Below, in pieces: positions 9,400 to 19,985 of a stretch of DNA of 64,000 nucleotides. The position numbers and the translations under genes were made by a program. The DNA lies in IMG/VR virus record IMGVR_UViG_3300021431_000002. The stretch is one strand, 5' to 3'. Position 1 is the stretch's first letter. Every line of letters starts with the position of its first letter. Origin of the DNA: a virus (taxonomy: Duplodnaviria; Heunggongvirae; Uroviricota; Caudoviricetes). The notes beneath the pieces are model-generated. The model was not told where the DNA came from. It saw nothing but the letters and a program-made list of their open reading frames with translations, and did not search any database.

Positions 9400-11505
9400 T
9401 TATGCTTTTGTAAGCTCTAATTCTAATTCCTCTTCTTCTGCTAAAGCACCTACTTTCTCAGTAGTATACTTTCCGAATATTGAGTCAGTTGGCTTTATGT
9501 ATTCGTCCAAGTTAATACCGAATTCTTTTGCCAAACTTTTATCCTCTTTTCTTATTTTCAAATCTGGTCGTTGTCCAAGAACTTTAAGTGCCTCAAGGTT
9601 GTTGTTTCTGATACAATTACCAACTGCTGTGCAATCAAAATCGTTAACAACGTTTACATCAACGTTTTTATTGGAAACTAGCTCTTTTACAATCCATACC
9701 TCATTTGTGTACTCACAAGCAGTATTAAGAGCGCAATCGTTATTGATGTCTTTTGCTGCAAGATTAAAGTTTTTACTAGAAAGGATTGACTTAATCATAT
9801 TAGTCAATATCTTGTTATCCTCTTCTGAACTTGCAACCTCATCACTTCCATGCAAATAGATTAATGACTGAAGCAAAGTTTCGCCAAAACCATCCTCAAT
9901 TTGTGAGTTGAATCCATCACAATTAACAATAGTGTCAAAAAGTTTGAACATTTTGTTAGTTATTGCTGAGAAAACAGGGATTCTCTGGTTAAATTCGTAG
10001 TTAACATTAATATTACCACGTTCTTTCTCAATCAACTTGATAGCCCCAATCTCATCGTTCTCATCAATGAGTTTGTGAAGAAGGATTGATGGGTCAATTG
10101 CCTCACGATTTAGATACTTATCCGTAGAAATACCAATTTTTGATAAATATCCTTCTTTTGAAATTTCAGCACCAAAAATGTCATACATCACAGACAAAGA
10201 CAATGTGCCATACATATCCTTGCGATATTGCATTGCAATAAGTGACCTTTCATTGTTTATTGGGAGGTTAAAATCCATAAACAAATAGGTTTTGTTGTTA
10301 TTGTCAATGGAGTTGAAATTGTTGGTTTTGATGAAAGTCTTTTTAACAAAATCATTGAACACTCTAGAGTTAAGGACATTTATAATCAAACGTCCATCAC
10401 CCTCATATGCAATAGCAAATGATTCTGGAGATTTTTTGACCATTGCTATCATATCGGTAATGTTCCAAGAGAATCCTAGTTCTTTAGGCAAACGCATGAA
10501 AGTGCTCATTTTAATGCCGAAATTATCGAACACATTATAAATACTTAGATTTTCGTTGCCTTGTCTATAAGGATTAATCATTGAATAGTTATGGCAAGTT
10601 TGTGCTTCAACAATGCCAGTTCCACCCTCAACAGTAAAACCAATGTGTGCAAATGCATCACTTTCTTTTCTGCTAAAGTCGAACAAGAAATACTGACTAC
10701 GATTCGCCTTACTTGTTACATAACTCTTGAAATACGACTCTTCACGAGCGATACACCAACCAGTACGTCCATTACCGCATAGTTTATGACTAGATTGGAA
10801 CGATGGAACATAAACAACTACACAAGGACCTTCGTTGAAAACCACTTCGCAGTCTTTTGCATTGTGTTCTATATAAGCAAGAAGGTCTTCTTTACCCTCT
10901 TTCCAATCATAAGTTCTATTGAGGCAATCTAGAATTGCTTGATGGAGTGATGCAGCGTTTTTAAGAGCAGAACTACTGCTGTAGAACTTGTTCTTAATAT
11001 TCATAGGTTTTTTATTGAACGTCTTGAAAACATCATACCATTTCTTAATGTTTGCATTCTCATACGCCTCAATTGGAGTGTATTCCTTACCCAAAATAGA
11101 TTCAGTCAGAATCTTTTTCTGCTCTGTATTGAAATGAGAGATAATATTCTTAACAAAAGCAATACGCTCAAGACCCTTAATCTCTTTAAGTAATTGGGCA
11201 ACTCCACTTTTATTAGAGTATGATACAACATTCTTCTTTTCGAGCTTGTTAATCATGTTACTGTTGGTAGTAATCCAAGTGTGAATGGTTTCCAACTCTT
11301 CAAAGGTCATTGACTGAGAGAATATCATTCTAACAGCCCAAATCTGGTAGTTTGACTGACCATCGAACATTTCACATACTTTAATAAATAATTTGTTAGT
11401 CTCTGGATTGATGCCATACTTATCAATCAAAGGCTGCATCTGTTTTTTATTATAAGTCATGTTTAATAAAAGAATTAAATTTGTTTTTTCCGTTTGTTTG
11501 TGCAA
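9400..11505 (-). CDS. large hypothetical protein (701 aa). Paralog of 11823..14282 with an ankyrin-like C-terminus
   Basis: Shared core with 11823..14282: DKYGxNP, WCI, YFLFDFS...IGFT. C-terminal repeats resemble ankyrin (GNCIRNNNLEALKVL). Confidence 0.6.
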   Translation of the reverse strand: MHKQTEKTNLILLLNMTYNKKQMQPLIDKYGINPETNKLFIKVCEMFDGQSNYQIWAVRMIFSQSMTFEELETIHTWITTNSNMINKLEKKNVVSYSNKSGVAQLLKEIKGLERIAFVKNIISHFNTEQKKILTESILGKEYTPIEAYENANIKKWYDVFKTFNKKPMNIKNKFYSSSSALKNAASLHQAILDCLNRTYDWKEGKEDLLAYIEHNAKDCEVVFNEGPCVVVYVPSFQSSHKLCGNGRTGWCIAREESYFKSYVTSKANRSQYFLFDFSRKESDAFAHIGFTVEGGTGIVEAQTCHNYSMINPYRQGNENLSIYNVFDNFGIKMSTFMRLPKELGFSWNITDMIAMVKKSPESFAIAYEGDGRLIINVLNSRVFNDFVKKTFIKTNNFNSIDNNNKTYLFMDFNLPINNERSLIAMQYRKDMYGTLSLSVMYDIFGAEISKEGYLSKIGISTDKYLNREAIDPSILLHKLIDENDEIGAIKLIEKERGNINVNYEFNQRIPVFSAITNKMFKLFDTIVNCDGFNSQIEDGFGETLLQSLIYLHGSDEVASSEEDNKILTNMIKSILSSKNFNLAAKDINNDCALNTACEYTNEVWIVKELVSNKNVDVNVVNDFDCTAVGNCIRNNNLEALKVLGQRPDLKIRKEDKSLAKEFGINLDEYIKPTDSIFGKYTTEKVGALAEEEELELELTKA

Positions 11506-11553
11506 ATATATAATAATTTTTCTACTCTACAAAATTTTTTATGTTAATAAAAA

Positions 11554-11742
11554 TTAAAAGAAAGAAAAATATATTGTCCATGAGATAATGATTATTATCA
11601 TCATTATAAATGAATAAATTGCACTATTTTTTGTTTCATCTTCGTTGAAGGCGATGACCCTGACTGCTTTACTGAATTTATCGTTTATAAAAAAAACGGT
11701 AAATGCAATAGCAATAAACAACGTAAATGTTTTCATCATCAA
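11554..11742 (-). CDS. small membrane protein (62 aa)
   Basis: ORF in track with two hydrophobic helices. Confidence 0.3.
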   Translation of the reverse strand: MMMKTFTLFIAIAFTVFFINDKFSKAVRVIAFNEDETKNSAIYSFIMMIIIIISWTIYFSFF

Positions 11743-11822
11743 AATGAATTAAAAATGTGGTGTGTAAATACCTTACACACCACTTATTTTTTTTTTTTAG
11801 AATGGTGTGTCAATCACAAATG

Positions 11823-14282
11823 TTAACGGAATGTTACCGTATAGGTTGGCATAGTTACAAATGCGCTAGAAATGAAATCTTCATGCTCTTTCTTTGACTT
11901 TAAAGCACTTTCATAGACTGGTTTAATCCATTCATACTTATCAGCAAGTTTTTTAATTGCTTCTTGCATTTCTTCATCACCATATCTAACGAAATAGTTA
12001 ACGATATATGACGGTGAATCCTTTTTACTAGACATATTCAAATTATTAAGCATCATAAACATGAACTCTTTTATAAGGCCTCCACTAAGGCCTGAGTTGA
12101 AAATGTTACTCAATAATTTTACATAGGCGATATTGAAATCCATTTTGTTACTGTTGTTTTCACTACCCAAGATACGTTTTATCAAAAGATAATAGCCGAC
12201 ATAGATGACATCTTCACGATTAGGTATCTTTTCGTCATAGAACAGATGTATTCTCTCTTCACTAGGTTTTTCAAGAATCCCATTCCTATACAACTGTCTA
12301 GCAGCACTTTTCAGATAGTTAAACAAGTTCTTCAGTAATTCAGCAATATGTGAGGAATCCATATACTCTACAAGATAATGACCGTTGTCATATATCAAAT
12401 CTAGATAATCGAAAGACAAATAATCTACAAGTGACGAATTGATGTAGGAATAGTTATTTCCGATGTCAAAATATTCATGCATTGCCCTGTGCAAGCAATT
12501 TTTATCAACCTTTATGCATTCCTTTAACATCTTAGTATTAAACGATGTATAAGCATTCCTTACTTTTTTGTCAATGTCATCAGTCCTTCTGATAATATCG
12601 TAAGGTACACCAAACTCAATCAGCTTGCCATCGAAACTAGCGCGTGTCTGGGTAGATGACTCATTGAATACGTTGCTTGGGTAATCTTCCCCACAACCAC
12701 CGTCGTATATTATGGAAAACAGCAATTTATTTGAATCATATTGGCTGATAGAAAAATCGGCAAATATGATGTGCTGTAACTCATAATCATCTGACGAAAT
12801 ATTATCCATATAGGCATCACCTAACAAATATTTGATGTTCTCATCACGGACAGAGAGTACTAGTTTATCTCCATCGTGTTTGATTATGTCAACATTGTTT
12901 TTATCAACGCATTCGTAAAGGTACGACATGAAATGGTCATAATCCCACTGATATTGAGGTCTGTCATAATGTGCAACAAGTGTTATGTCAATACCACAAT
13001 TTTGTAGCACACTATATATGCTATTCCTACCGTTAAATCTAGCCAAATATGATTTGAGCATAATTGCGTTAGGATTGTTACCAGCATCCATTAGATTGTC
13101 GTTAATGAAATTATGCGCTGATGTAATGCCTTTGTTGTGCGTGGTTGTAAATCCAATAATGGATAGTTTATCATCCTCTAACTTTGAGAAATCAAATATC
13201 ATATACTGGGTAGATTTACCATGAGTGTTACCGACATATTGATTCCAATATGTTTTGTTTTTAGAAATACACCAGTTAGTAGTCTTACCCAACTGTTTTA
13301 TCGTGTCGTAGTCATCAACTTTAACCAAGACTACATAATCGTTTTCAAATATTACCTTGTAATTAATTCCCTCTACATTATTGATGAAATCCATAAAGGA
13401 ATCTTTGTTCCAGTCAAAATGAACACTTGTCACATGCCTCATCTGACGCATAAGTTCATTGAAATCATCAATCGTGGATACTTTCTTAATGAAATTTATC
13501 TTTTTTATCTCTGAAAGTTTAGAGAATCTTGCAAGGGTTTTTTTATCGGTGTCAGATAATTCGTTGTTTCTCAACAATTTTTTCTGAGCCGTGTTAAATT
13601 CGTTAATCGCATCACCAACTCTCTTCTCATTCCTTAATACTGACAGCTCTTCCATAAGGTCGTTTATATTACTCTGTGTGGTATACGCAGTTATTGTGCC
13701 CTTAGAAAGTTTCTTAGTCAATTGTTTATAGTATTCATTCCATAATAAGATATTATGTATGGTTCTCATAGAGCAATGCGCCTTGAAGTATACATCAACA
13801 GCCCACTGGAAAAAATTCTTAGAGCCATCGGTATATATGTACAATCTCTTGCATTGTATATCATTTGGGTTTAAACCATACTTATCTGAGAGGCTTTTAA
13901 TCATTTTTGCATTTTCTTTCAAAAATGCTTGATAATCCTTATCAAATGATTTTGGCAATAGAGTGATTTCAGTCAAAACATTAGCATAATCGCCAAACCC
14001 ATTTGATGTTTTACTAACCTCTAGTAACCTAGGATGGTTAATGCATTGTAAATCATTCGCAATCTCTTTCGAAAGACTAGCCAAAGCTGAAGTTCCGAAG
14101 TTGTGATTATTAAACCAATTATTGAAAATGAACATTTTTTCACCAATCTGTGAATTTGGGTTTGTCTTTAAAACCTCACAAATGTCAAAACCATGTTCTC
14201 CAGCCCTAACTAAAATCTTTCTAAGAGAGTAATCAGACACCCTAAACAAGTGTCTGATTCCTCTTATATTAGTACCTATCAT
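11823..14282 (-). CDS. large hypothetical protein (819 aa). Paralog of 9400..11505
   Basis: Shared motifs: LSDKYGLNP, TTNWCISKNKTYW, YMIFDFSKLEDDKLSIIGFTTTHNKGITSAHN. Confidence 0.6.
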   Translation of the reverse strand: MIGTNIRGIRHLFRVSDYSLRKILVRAGEHGFDICEVLKTNPNSQIGEKMFIFNNWFNNHNFGTSALASLSKEIANDLQCINHPRLLEVSKTSNGFGDYANVLTEITLLPKSFDKDYQAFLKENAKMIKSLSDKYGLNPNDIQCKRLYIYTDGSKNFFQWAVDVYFKAHCSMRTIHNILLWNEYYKQLTKKLSKGTITAYTTQSNINDLMEELSVLRNEKRVGDAINEFNTAQKKLLRNNELSDTDKKTLARFSKLSEIKKINFIKKVSTIDDFNELMRQMRHVTSVHFDWNKDSFMDFINNVEGINYKVIFENDYVVLVKVDDYDTIKQLGKTTNWCISKNKTYWNQYVGNTHGKSTQYMIFDFSKLEDDKLSIIGFTTTHNKGITSAHNFINDNLMDAGNNPNAIMLKSYLARFNGRNSIYSVLQNCGIDITLVAHYDRPQYQWDYDHFMSYLYECVDKNNVDIIKHDGDKLVLSVRDENIKYLLGDAYMDNISSDDYELQHIIFADFSISQYDSNKLLFSIIYDGGCGEDYPSNVFNESSTQTRASFDGKLIEFGVPYDIIRRTDDIDKKVRNAYTSFNTKMLKECIKVDKNCLHRAMHEYFDIGNNYSYINSSLVDYLSFDYLDLIYDNGHYLVEYMDSSHIAELLKNLFNYLKSAARQLYRNGILEKPSEERIHLFYDEKIPNREDVIYVGYYLLIKRILGSENNSNKMDFNIAYVKLLSNIFNSGLSGGLIKEFMFMMLNNLNMSSKKDSPSYIVNYFVRYGDEEMQEAIKKLADKYEWIKPVYESALKSKKEHEDFISSAFVTMPTYTVTFR

Positions 14283-14293
14283 AAATTGTTTTG

Positions 14294-15742
14294 TTAGAAT
14301 TTAATTTCATTACTAAATTTATCATTGATAACCTTTTCGAATTCACTGAATTCTACTTTAGACTTTTCGCACAAAGCCTTAACCGCCTCAAGAACATCTT
14401 CTTTGATGCCAAGGATATGTGAATCATAGCGATTAACAATATACTTGACTGTTTCAAACTTGAGTTCATCTTCTTTCTTTGTAGTGGTTGTGGTAGTTGT
14501 ACGAGTAGTCTGGCTAGCGAATCCATAATTGCTCCTACGGCAGTTATCTCCAAGGTCTCTAAGCAATTCAGTATCGTCAGTTGTGATACACTTGTATGTA
14601 CCATCAGCGTTGCGCTTGTACGTATTATTTGTACGGTTAGTCCAACTGCTAGTGCTCTTGAGTTTATGCTCTGTGCAGCCAATGTTATCAACAAGGTCAA
14701 TACCCATACCGCAAGCACTATCCATATCCTCTATAATTGTATACTCCGTAGGAGAGTGAGGATTATAGCCACCGTTACCAAAGTTCATACATATAATATC
14801 CGTTTTCTCACGAATATTCTTCACATCGGTATAAGGCTCAGAGAAGAAACATCCTTTAGTAAGACCCCAACGGTCGCATACGCTTTTCATATGCTTTGTG
14901 TAGAAATCATAGCTAAAGAGTTTAACACTGCTACATGCCCAAGCAGCACGATAAAGTTCTGGAGAGTCGAATCCAATAACGTAACCGACATTTTCAAACC
15001 ATTCTTTATCCAAATTATCAGAGCCGTGACATCCAGTTTCCTCATCCAAGAAGAAGCAAGCCTTGAGTTTATCTACATAATTGAACATGGTCAAACAGAT
15101 GCAGACACCACCCTTGTCATCAGCACCAATACCAATAGATGCTCCACCATTCGAGTCAACACTAATTTTATGGTCTCCCTCCTTAGTTCTCTCTGTTTTA
15201 ATATCAAGAGGAACGCCAGCATAGATATATGGGTCTTGTCTATCTTGAACAGTGTCCAAGTGGGAAGTTACACAAGGATAAAATTCTCCCTCTGCAAGTT
15301 CACCCTTTGTGAGGTAAATGTTACCGAAGTCATCGAATTCATAGGTAATGTTATTCTTTCTAGCCCATAACATAATGAATGTAACCATACGATACTCTTT
15401 CTTAGAATGAGTTGGTACAGCCATGCACTCATATACGAATTCTTTATCCAAGTAAAGGAGTTTCATATCATCATCCCTTGGGTCTTCTGGAAGCGTCTCC
15501 TTTACATCTTCATTGGACTTTGACTCAGTTGAGGAATTAGCATTGTTGTCGGTAGCAACAGTGTTAGAAGATGTTTTCTTTTCATCTTTATTCTCTACAT
15601 TCTCGTTAGAGTCATTTTCATTTGTTTTTACCTCTTGCGTAGGAACATTTTCCTCATAAGGTGTGTTGGCAACAACATTGCCATTCTCATTTAAAGTCTT
15701 TGAGTCAGCCATTTCTATTATTGTTTTAATAAGTTTTCGCAA
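14294..15742 (-). CDS. putative M20/M42-family zinc metallopeptidase with a low-complexity N-terminal region
   Basis: HLDTV and GADDKGG motifs. Poly-Thr linker TTRTTTTTTTKK. Confidence 0.45.
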   Translation of the reverse strand: MRKLIKTIIEMADSKTLNENGNVVANTPYEENVPTQEVKTNENDSNENVENKDEKKTSSNTVATDNNANSSTESKSNEDVKETLPEDPRDDDMKLLYLDKEFVYECMAVPTHSKKEYRMVTFIMLWARKNNITYEFDDFGNIYLTKGELAEGEFYPCVTSHLDTVQDRQDPYIYAGVPLDIKTERTKEGDHKISVDSNGGASIGIGADDKGGVCICLTMFNYVDKLKACFFLDEETGCHGSDNLDKEWFENVGYVIGFDSPELYRAAWACSSVKLFSYDFYTKHMKSVCDRWGLTKGCFFSEPYTDVKNIREKTDIICMNFGNGGYNPHSPTEYTIIEDMDSACGMGIDLVDNIGCTEHKLKSTSSWTNRTNNTYKRNADGTYKCITTDDTELLRDLGDNCRRSNYGFASQTTRTTTTTTTKKEDELKFETVKYIVNRYDSHILGIKEDVLEAVKALCEKSKVEFSEFEKVINDKFSNEIKF

Positions 15743-15772
15743 AGATATAAAAATTTTTTAATTAAACAAATT
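15738..15772 (-). promoter_or_regulatory. Bacteroidetes-type promoter
   Basis: cgcaaagata at 15738-15747, with caaatt (the rc of a TTTG box) about 20 nt downstream. Confidence 0.45.
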
Positions 15773-16044
15773 ATTGATATTAATTTTAACTTTCTTTAAC
15801 TCGGATTCATTCTATTATCGCACATCTTACTAATGGTGAATGTTTGATTTTAGGTTCAATCTGAATTCTTCTTTCTTTTCTTTTACCAATTGTAATATCC
15901 TTTTCTTTACAGTCTTTAGTGGCAACATTAACGCCTATCTTATACCCAAGTTCTTTTATGAGACTAACTCTGAATTCAATCTCTTTGACGTGGGTAATAA
16001 AATAACAAATGTCTCTAATATCTCTATTTACATTTTTTACTTTC

Positions 16045-16407
16045 TTACGCATTGTGCAACACAGAATTTAAAAGTTTCTTTTTGTCATGCGGAGAAAGTT
16101 TAAACCATTTACTTGAGAAATGAGACAAACCAAATTCTCGTTTAATTTTGGTTTTATCTACATTTGCTAAAGAGTCGTAAGTTCTAATCAATTCACCTTT
16201 AAGTAAAATATTTTTTTGCTGGTTTGTTAATCCATCAAATCTATTTGCCCAATCATTAGATGGTAAGTTGTATTTTACAAAAATGTGTTTATACTTATAA
16301 CTTGCGTGTATTCTTTCTTGTATGGTTTTTGAGTTCCACTTATCGCATGCTTTTCTCTCTATTATTGTATGAGATAGAATATTACTGACGTTTTCATTTT
16401 CATTCAT
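16045..16407 (-). CDS. hypothetical protein (120 aa)
   Basis: ORF in track. Confidence 0.4.
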   Translation of the reverse strand: MNENENVSNILSHTIIERKACDKWNSKTIQERIHASYKYKHIFVKYNLPSNDWANRFDGLTNQQKNILLKGELIRTYDSLANVDKTKIKREFGLSHFSSKWFKLSPHDKKKLLNSVLHNA

Positions 16408-16409
16408 TT

Positions 16410-16928
16410 TTAATCGTTCTTCTTTAAAACATGGAAGCAGAACTGAGTTCCATTACCTTGCAACATTGATTTGTAATAGGTTCGCCATTCCTTTTCATCA
16501 AACTCTGGAAAAAATGTATCTCCATCATCATCATCTTCCACAATAGTTAACCTTAACTCGTTGACAAGGTTTCTCTCCATAAACTGACGGTATATCTCAC
16601 CACCACCGATTACGAATAGTTCCTTATCAGAGAAAAAAGCGTTACACAATTCGATAACGTCATCAATTGAGTTTACAATGTATACGTTATCGTATTCACC
16701 ACTTACTCCAAAATCTCTAGAAGTCGTAAGAATAATGTTTATCCTATCCTTCAGAGGCACACCATTGGGAAGGGATTCGAAAGTTTTTCTACCCATAATG
16801 ACAACTCCATTATGTTTAGTCATCCTAGCAAAATTATTAATATCGTTATCTATCCGATACAATAATTTACCATTTTTTCCAATTACTTGTTTTCGATTCA
16901 TACAAGCAATAATAATAAATTTAAGCAT
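16410..16928 (-). CDS. folA: dihydrofolate reductase
   Basis: IGKNGKL, VIMGRKTFESLP, PLKDRINIILT and FVIGGGEIY signatures. Start trimmed to the Met that aligns with the DHFR N-terminus. Confidence 0.8.
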   Translation of the reverse strand: MLKFIIIACMNRKQVIGKNGKLLYRIDNDINNFARMTKHNGVVIMGRKTFESLPNGVPLKDRINIILTTSRDFGVSGEYDNVYIVNSIDDVIELCNAFFSDKELFVIGGGEIYRQFMERNLVNELRLTIVEDDDDGDTFFPEFDEKEWRTYYKSMLQGNGTQFCFHVLKKND

Positions 16929-17526
16929 ATATAATATTATTTTGGTTATAAATGTTTTTATAAATTCTATCACTAAAAATATTGTATTTTTTTACTATTG
17001 ATTCCCTAATATAATATTTTAATTTAATTCCGTGTGCTTCACAAATTTCTTTTTTTCTTAAGTCTCTTTCTATTTCGTTTTCTAAAGAACTTGTAAAAAA
17101 ACTAGATTCAATAAAATGCTGTATTCCTTGACACTCGATAGCCACATTTTCTTTATCCAAATAAAAATCCACACTTTGATTACCAAGAATACCGCCAATA
17201 TTACTATACCTTTCATTAGAAATACCCATTCCGTTTAGAATCAATAGTATTTCATTTTCTAACGTACTATTTTTACAATCTGGACACCCTTGACCTCTTA
17301 AATGTGCTGAAGGTATCTGCCAAAATTCGCCATGCTCTGGACATATTATGCACACTTTTGTCTCATTATTTATATATTCTACTTTAGAATAGTCATACTT
17401 ATCACCATGAACTTTTTTAGCATCATTAATAAAGGCATCTAATTTTTTTTTCAATTTATTTGCTGCATTTTTTCTACCGCAAATTGGACATCCTTGACCT
17501 TGAAGATGATTTATAGGCTGCTGCAT
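16921..17526 (-). CDS. putative HEF-like homing endonuclease (duplicated zinc ribbon plus a PD-(D/E)xK-like C-terminus)
   Basis: Duplicated HLQGQGCPICG / HLRGQGCPDCK motifs. VDFYLDKENVAIECQGIQH. The 3' end overlaps the DHFR start. Confidence 0.4.
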   Translation of the reverse strand: MQQPINHLQGQGCPICGRKNAANKLKKKLDAFINDAKKVHGDKYDYSKVEYINNETKVCIICPEHGEFWQIPSAHLRGQGCPDCKNSTLENEILLILNGMGISNERYSNIGGILGNQSVDFYLDKENVAIECQGIQHFIESSFFTSSLENEIERDLRKKEICEAHGIKLKYYIRESIVKKYNIFSDRIYKNIYNQNNIIYA

Positions 17527-17660
17527 AAATTCTCCATGTATAGGGCATCCTATTTTAACTTTAGTATGATTAGTTACATATTCTACTTTAGAATATAAAT
17601 TAAGTAATTTGATGCAAATGTATAAAAAAAAAATGAGAGTTCAAATAGTGAACCCCCATT

Positions 17661-17993
17661 TTAATATACTTTAACATCTAAAATCGTGCGCCATAACATT
17701 TCGCTAAAAAGTTTGTTTACAACTTTTTCATATTTATAATTTTCCAAATCTTCTAGCATTGGATATTGTTTTTTCAATGCTGTCGGTTTTTCATTAATTG
17801 GATATGCAATTTTGATTTTTATTGGTTTCAAATTATCCTCCGTATAATTATTTCCATATGGATTTATATCATATGAATAATACGCAGTAACCTCTTCAAC
17901 ATCGTAATGATTCATTGCAATAAGGTTTTCGCATTTCCAATCTTCTAATTCAATTTCGATTTTCATCTTTCCAGTAGCAATATAAACAGCCAT
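17661..17993 (-). CDS. hypothetical protein (110 aa)
   Basis: ORF in track. Confidence 0.4.
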   Translation of the reverse strand: MAVYIATGKMKIEIELEDWKCENLIAMNHYDVEEVTAYYSYDINPYGNNYTEDNLKPIKIKIAYPINEKPTALKKQYPMLEDLENYKYEKVVNKLFSEMLWRTILDVKVY

Positions 17994-18723
17994 TGTTACA
18001 TTTATGCGGCTTTATTTTTAATAATTCTTTTTTATTACTAGGGCAATGACAACTGTTTCGTTGTCCTTTACTTCCTTCCAATGTAATGTCATCAGTAAGA
18101 CCTAAAATATCAATATCTTTCTGAGAAAGACAAGGTACGCTATCAATTCCTGGCTCTCCGCAAGCCTCAACTGATTCGTAACCGCATTCTTCAGCGCAAT
18201 ATTTAATTGCTGTTAGGCATTTTCGTCTTTCTTTTAGTGGGGCATGAAATTCACCATTATATAGTTCAACCCCAATTTCTTTAAAACGCTCTCTGACGTG
18301 TTTATAATTATCCAAGAAGGAAATCCTTACCCTTTTAATCCCAAGCCCCCTAAAGAGTCTTAAAACGCTTGTAGCGGTGTTTAAACCCTTGAAGGTTGGA
18401 ACTATTGGGTCAACCCTTAATACTATATGGTCTGTTGGAAAGCCACCATCAATCAATTTTTGTAATTTTTCTAAAGTTGCTTGTGGATTAGGAACAAACG
18501 GTTCAATACGAGTTGACCCCATGCCAGTTACGGTAAGATGTAATATTATCTTATCTTTATACTCGATAAGTTTTTCTATCAATTTATCGGTTAACCTTTT
18601 TGTGATGATAATATTAGCCTTATATAGCCTATCGAAAGCATCTAGGTTATAAGCGATTTCACCTGATTCCGTGGTCCCAATTCTATTTCCTATGTCTGAA
18701 ACTGATTTTTTTGTCGAAGCCAT
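17950..18723 (-). CDS. hypothetical protein with a Cys-rich C-terminus (CHCP...C..GC.YC)
   Basis: ORF in track. Confidence 0.4.
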   Translation of the reverse strand: MASTKKSVSDIGNRIGTTESGEIAYNLDAFDRLYKANIIITKRLTDKLIEKLIEYKDKIILHLTVTGMGSTRIEPFVPNPQATLEKLQKLIDGGFPTDHIVLRVDPIVPTFKGLNTATSVLRLFRGLGIKRVRISFLDNYKHVRERFKEIGVELYNGEFHAPLKERRKCLTAIKYCAEECGYESVEACGEPGIDSVPCLSQKDIDILGLTDDITLEGSKGQRNSCHCPSNKKELLKIKPHKCNNGCLYCYWKDENRN

Positions 18724-19447
18724 GCGATTCTATATGTTGGTCGTTAGTTCTTGTATCTTCAAATTCTTTATCTCTTAGAGAAGATATGTATTCATAAAGG
18801 TTATTCCATGCTTCTTTAGCATCAATAAATTTCGGTATGTATGTGCTATAAAGTATTGGATTATACACTATCTGCTCTTTATCATCATCATATATTTTGA
18901 AAACATTTTTATATTGTCTAGTTATCGGAAGGATTGAAATTGGGGCATAAGCCACTCTATCATCTGCTTTTTCAACCCTTTCTTTTTTGATTAGACGGTA
19001 TTTTAAAATTAGTTTTTTATCATCATTATCATCTATGTATCTTTCAACTTCAAATATATAATGATAAAACCCAATTTCAAGCAAGAAATGTAGTATTTTA
19101 CCTTCCATTAAATCAACTGGTGATTTAATTGGTTTAACTCTATGTCCTTTACTCAAAAGCCTCTCCCTCTCTTTCTCTTCTTTTTCTATTGACAGTCTAG
19201 TAGCAACAGAATTAGAATTGTAAATTTTAATCGGTTTCCTTTTTATGTCATCGTAAAGTATCTCACGTCTAAACCAGCGGTCAAAATTGGCGTTAGTATA
19301 ATTGCCACAGTAAAGACCTCTATCGCATATTGGCTTGGAAACTTCAATCGGAAACGAGCCTCTTCTATCATAAACCACCAACTCATCTATGCCATAGATT
19401 CCTTGCAAATAGTCATAATAATCTTTATTTTTATCTATAATTCTCAT
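18683..19447 (-). CDS. hypothetical protein whose C-terminal tail SHGFDKKISFRHRK is shared with 44197..44820
   Basis: ORF in track. The C-terminal motif recurs 25 kb away. Confidence 0.45.
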   Translation of the reverse strand: MRIIDKNKDYYDYLQGIYGIDELVVYDRRGSFPIEVSKPICDRGLYCGNYTNANFDRWFRREILYDDIKRKPIKIYNSNSVATRLSIEKEEKERERLLSKGHRVKPIKSPVDLMEGKILHFLLEIGFYHYIFEVERYIDDNDDKKLILKYRLIKKERVEKADDRVAYAPISILPITRQYKNVFKIYDDDKEQIVYNPILYSTYIPKFIDAKEAWNNLYEYISSLRDKEFEDTRTNDQHIESHGFDKKISFRHRK

Positions 19448-19530
19448 AGTCGTAAAACAATTAAACGCTAGACAATAAACTTTGTTATCATCTAGCGTTA
19501 TTTAACATAATAATCTTTCTTCACTAAAGA

Positions 19531-19704
19531 TTACTCAGCTACCACACTGTCAGCCTCAACTACAAGAGAGTCAACAACAGTAGAATCAACTACTGCTACG
19601 CTGTCAGAGTCGTTTGCTGGAGTCTCGCACTTACTTGTTCCGCAGTTGCAAGAAGCAAATGTCATGGCAACGCTAGCCATAAACAAAAATACTAACTTTT
19701 TCAT
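19531..19704 (-). CDS. small lipoprotein (57 aa)
   Basis: MKKLVFLFMASVAMTFASC signal peptide with lipobox, found by manual translation. Acidic Ser/Val-rich mature part. Below the ORF-track size cutoff. Confidence 0.4.
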   Translation of the reverse strand: MKKLVFLFMASVAMTFASCNCGTSKCETPANDSDSVAVVDSTVVDSLVVEADSVVAE

Positions 19705-19768
19705 TTCTTTTTTTTAATTTTTTAAAATATTATTTTATCTTTAATAAATATCATATCCTCGTAATTTG

Positions 19769-19806
19769 TGCAAAGATATAAATATTTTTTTAAATTTCCA
19801 AATTTT
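19769..19806 (-). promoter_or_regulatory. Bacteroidetes-type promoter (-33 TTTG / -7 TAnnTTTG)
   Basis: tgcaaagata plus an about 19-nt spacer plus ccaaatttt. Reads AAAATTTGG-N19-TATCTTTGCA on the minus strand. Confidence 0.6.
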
Positions 19807-19985
19807 ATCCATTATTATTATTTAATTTTCAATTTTACTTCAATATTTCCATTTTTTGCATCTACAGTATAACTTGTCTCTAGCACATGATACCCCTTTT
19901 CCTCAATGTTTATTTCGGCTATCTTAATAGCTTCAAACACTGCATTTTTTTTTTCTGTATAAAATTCCATATTTTACGTCTCTTT

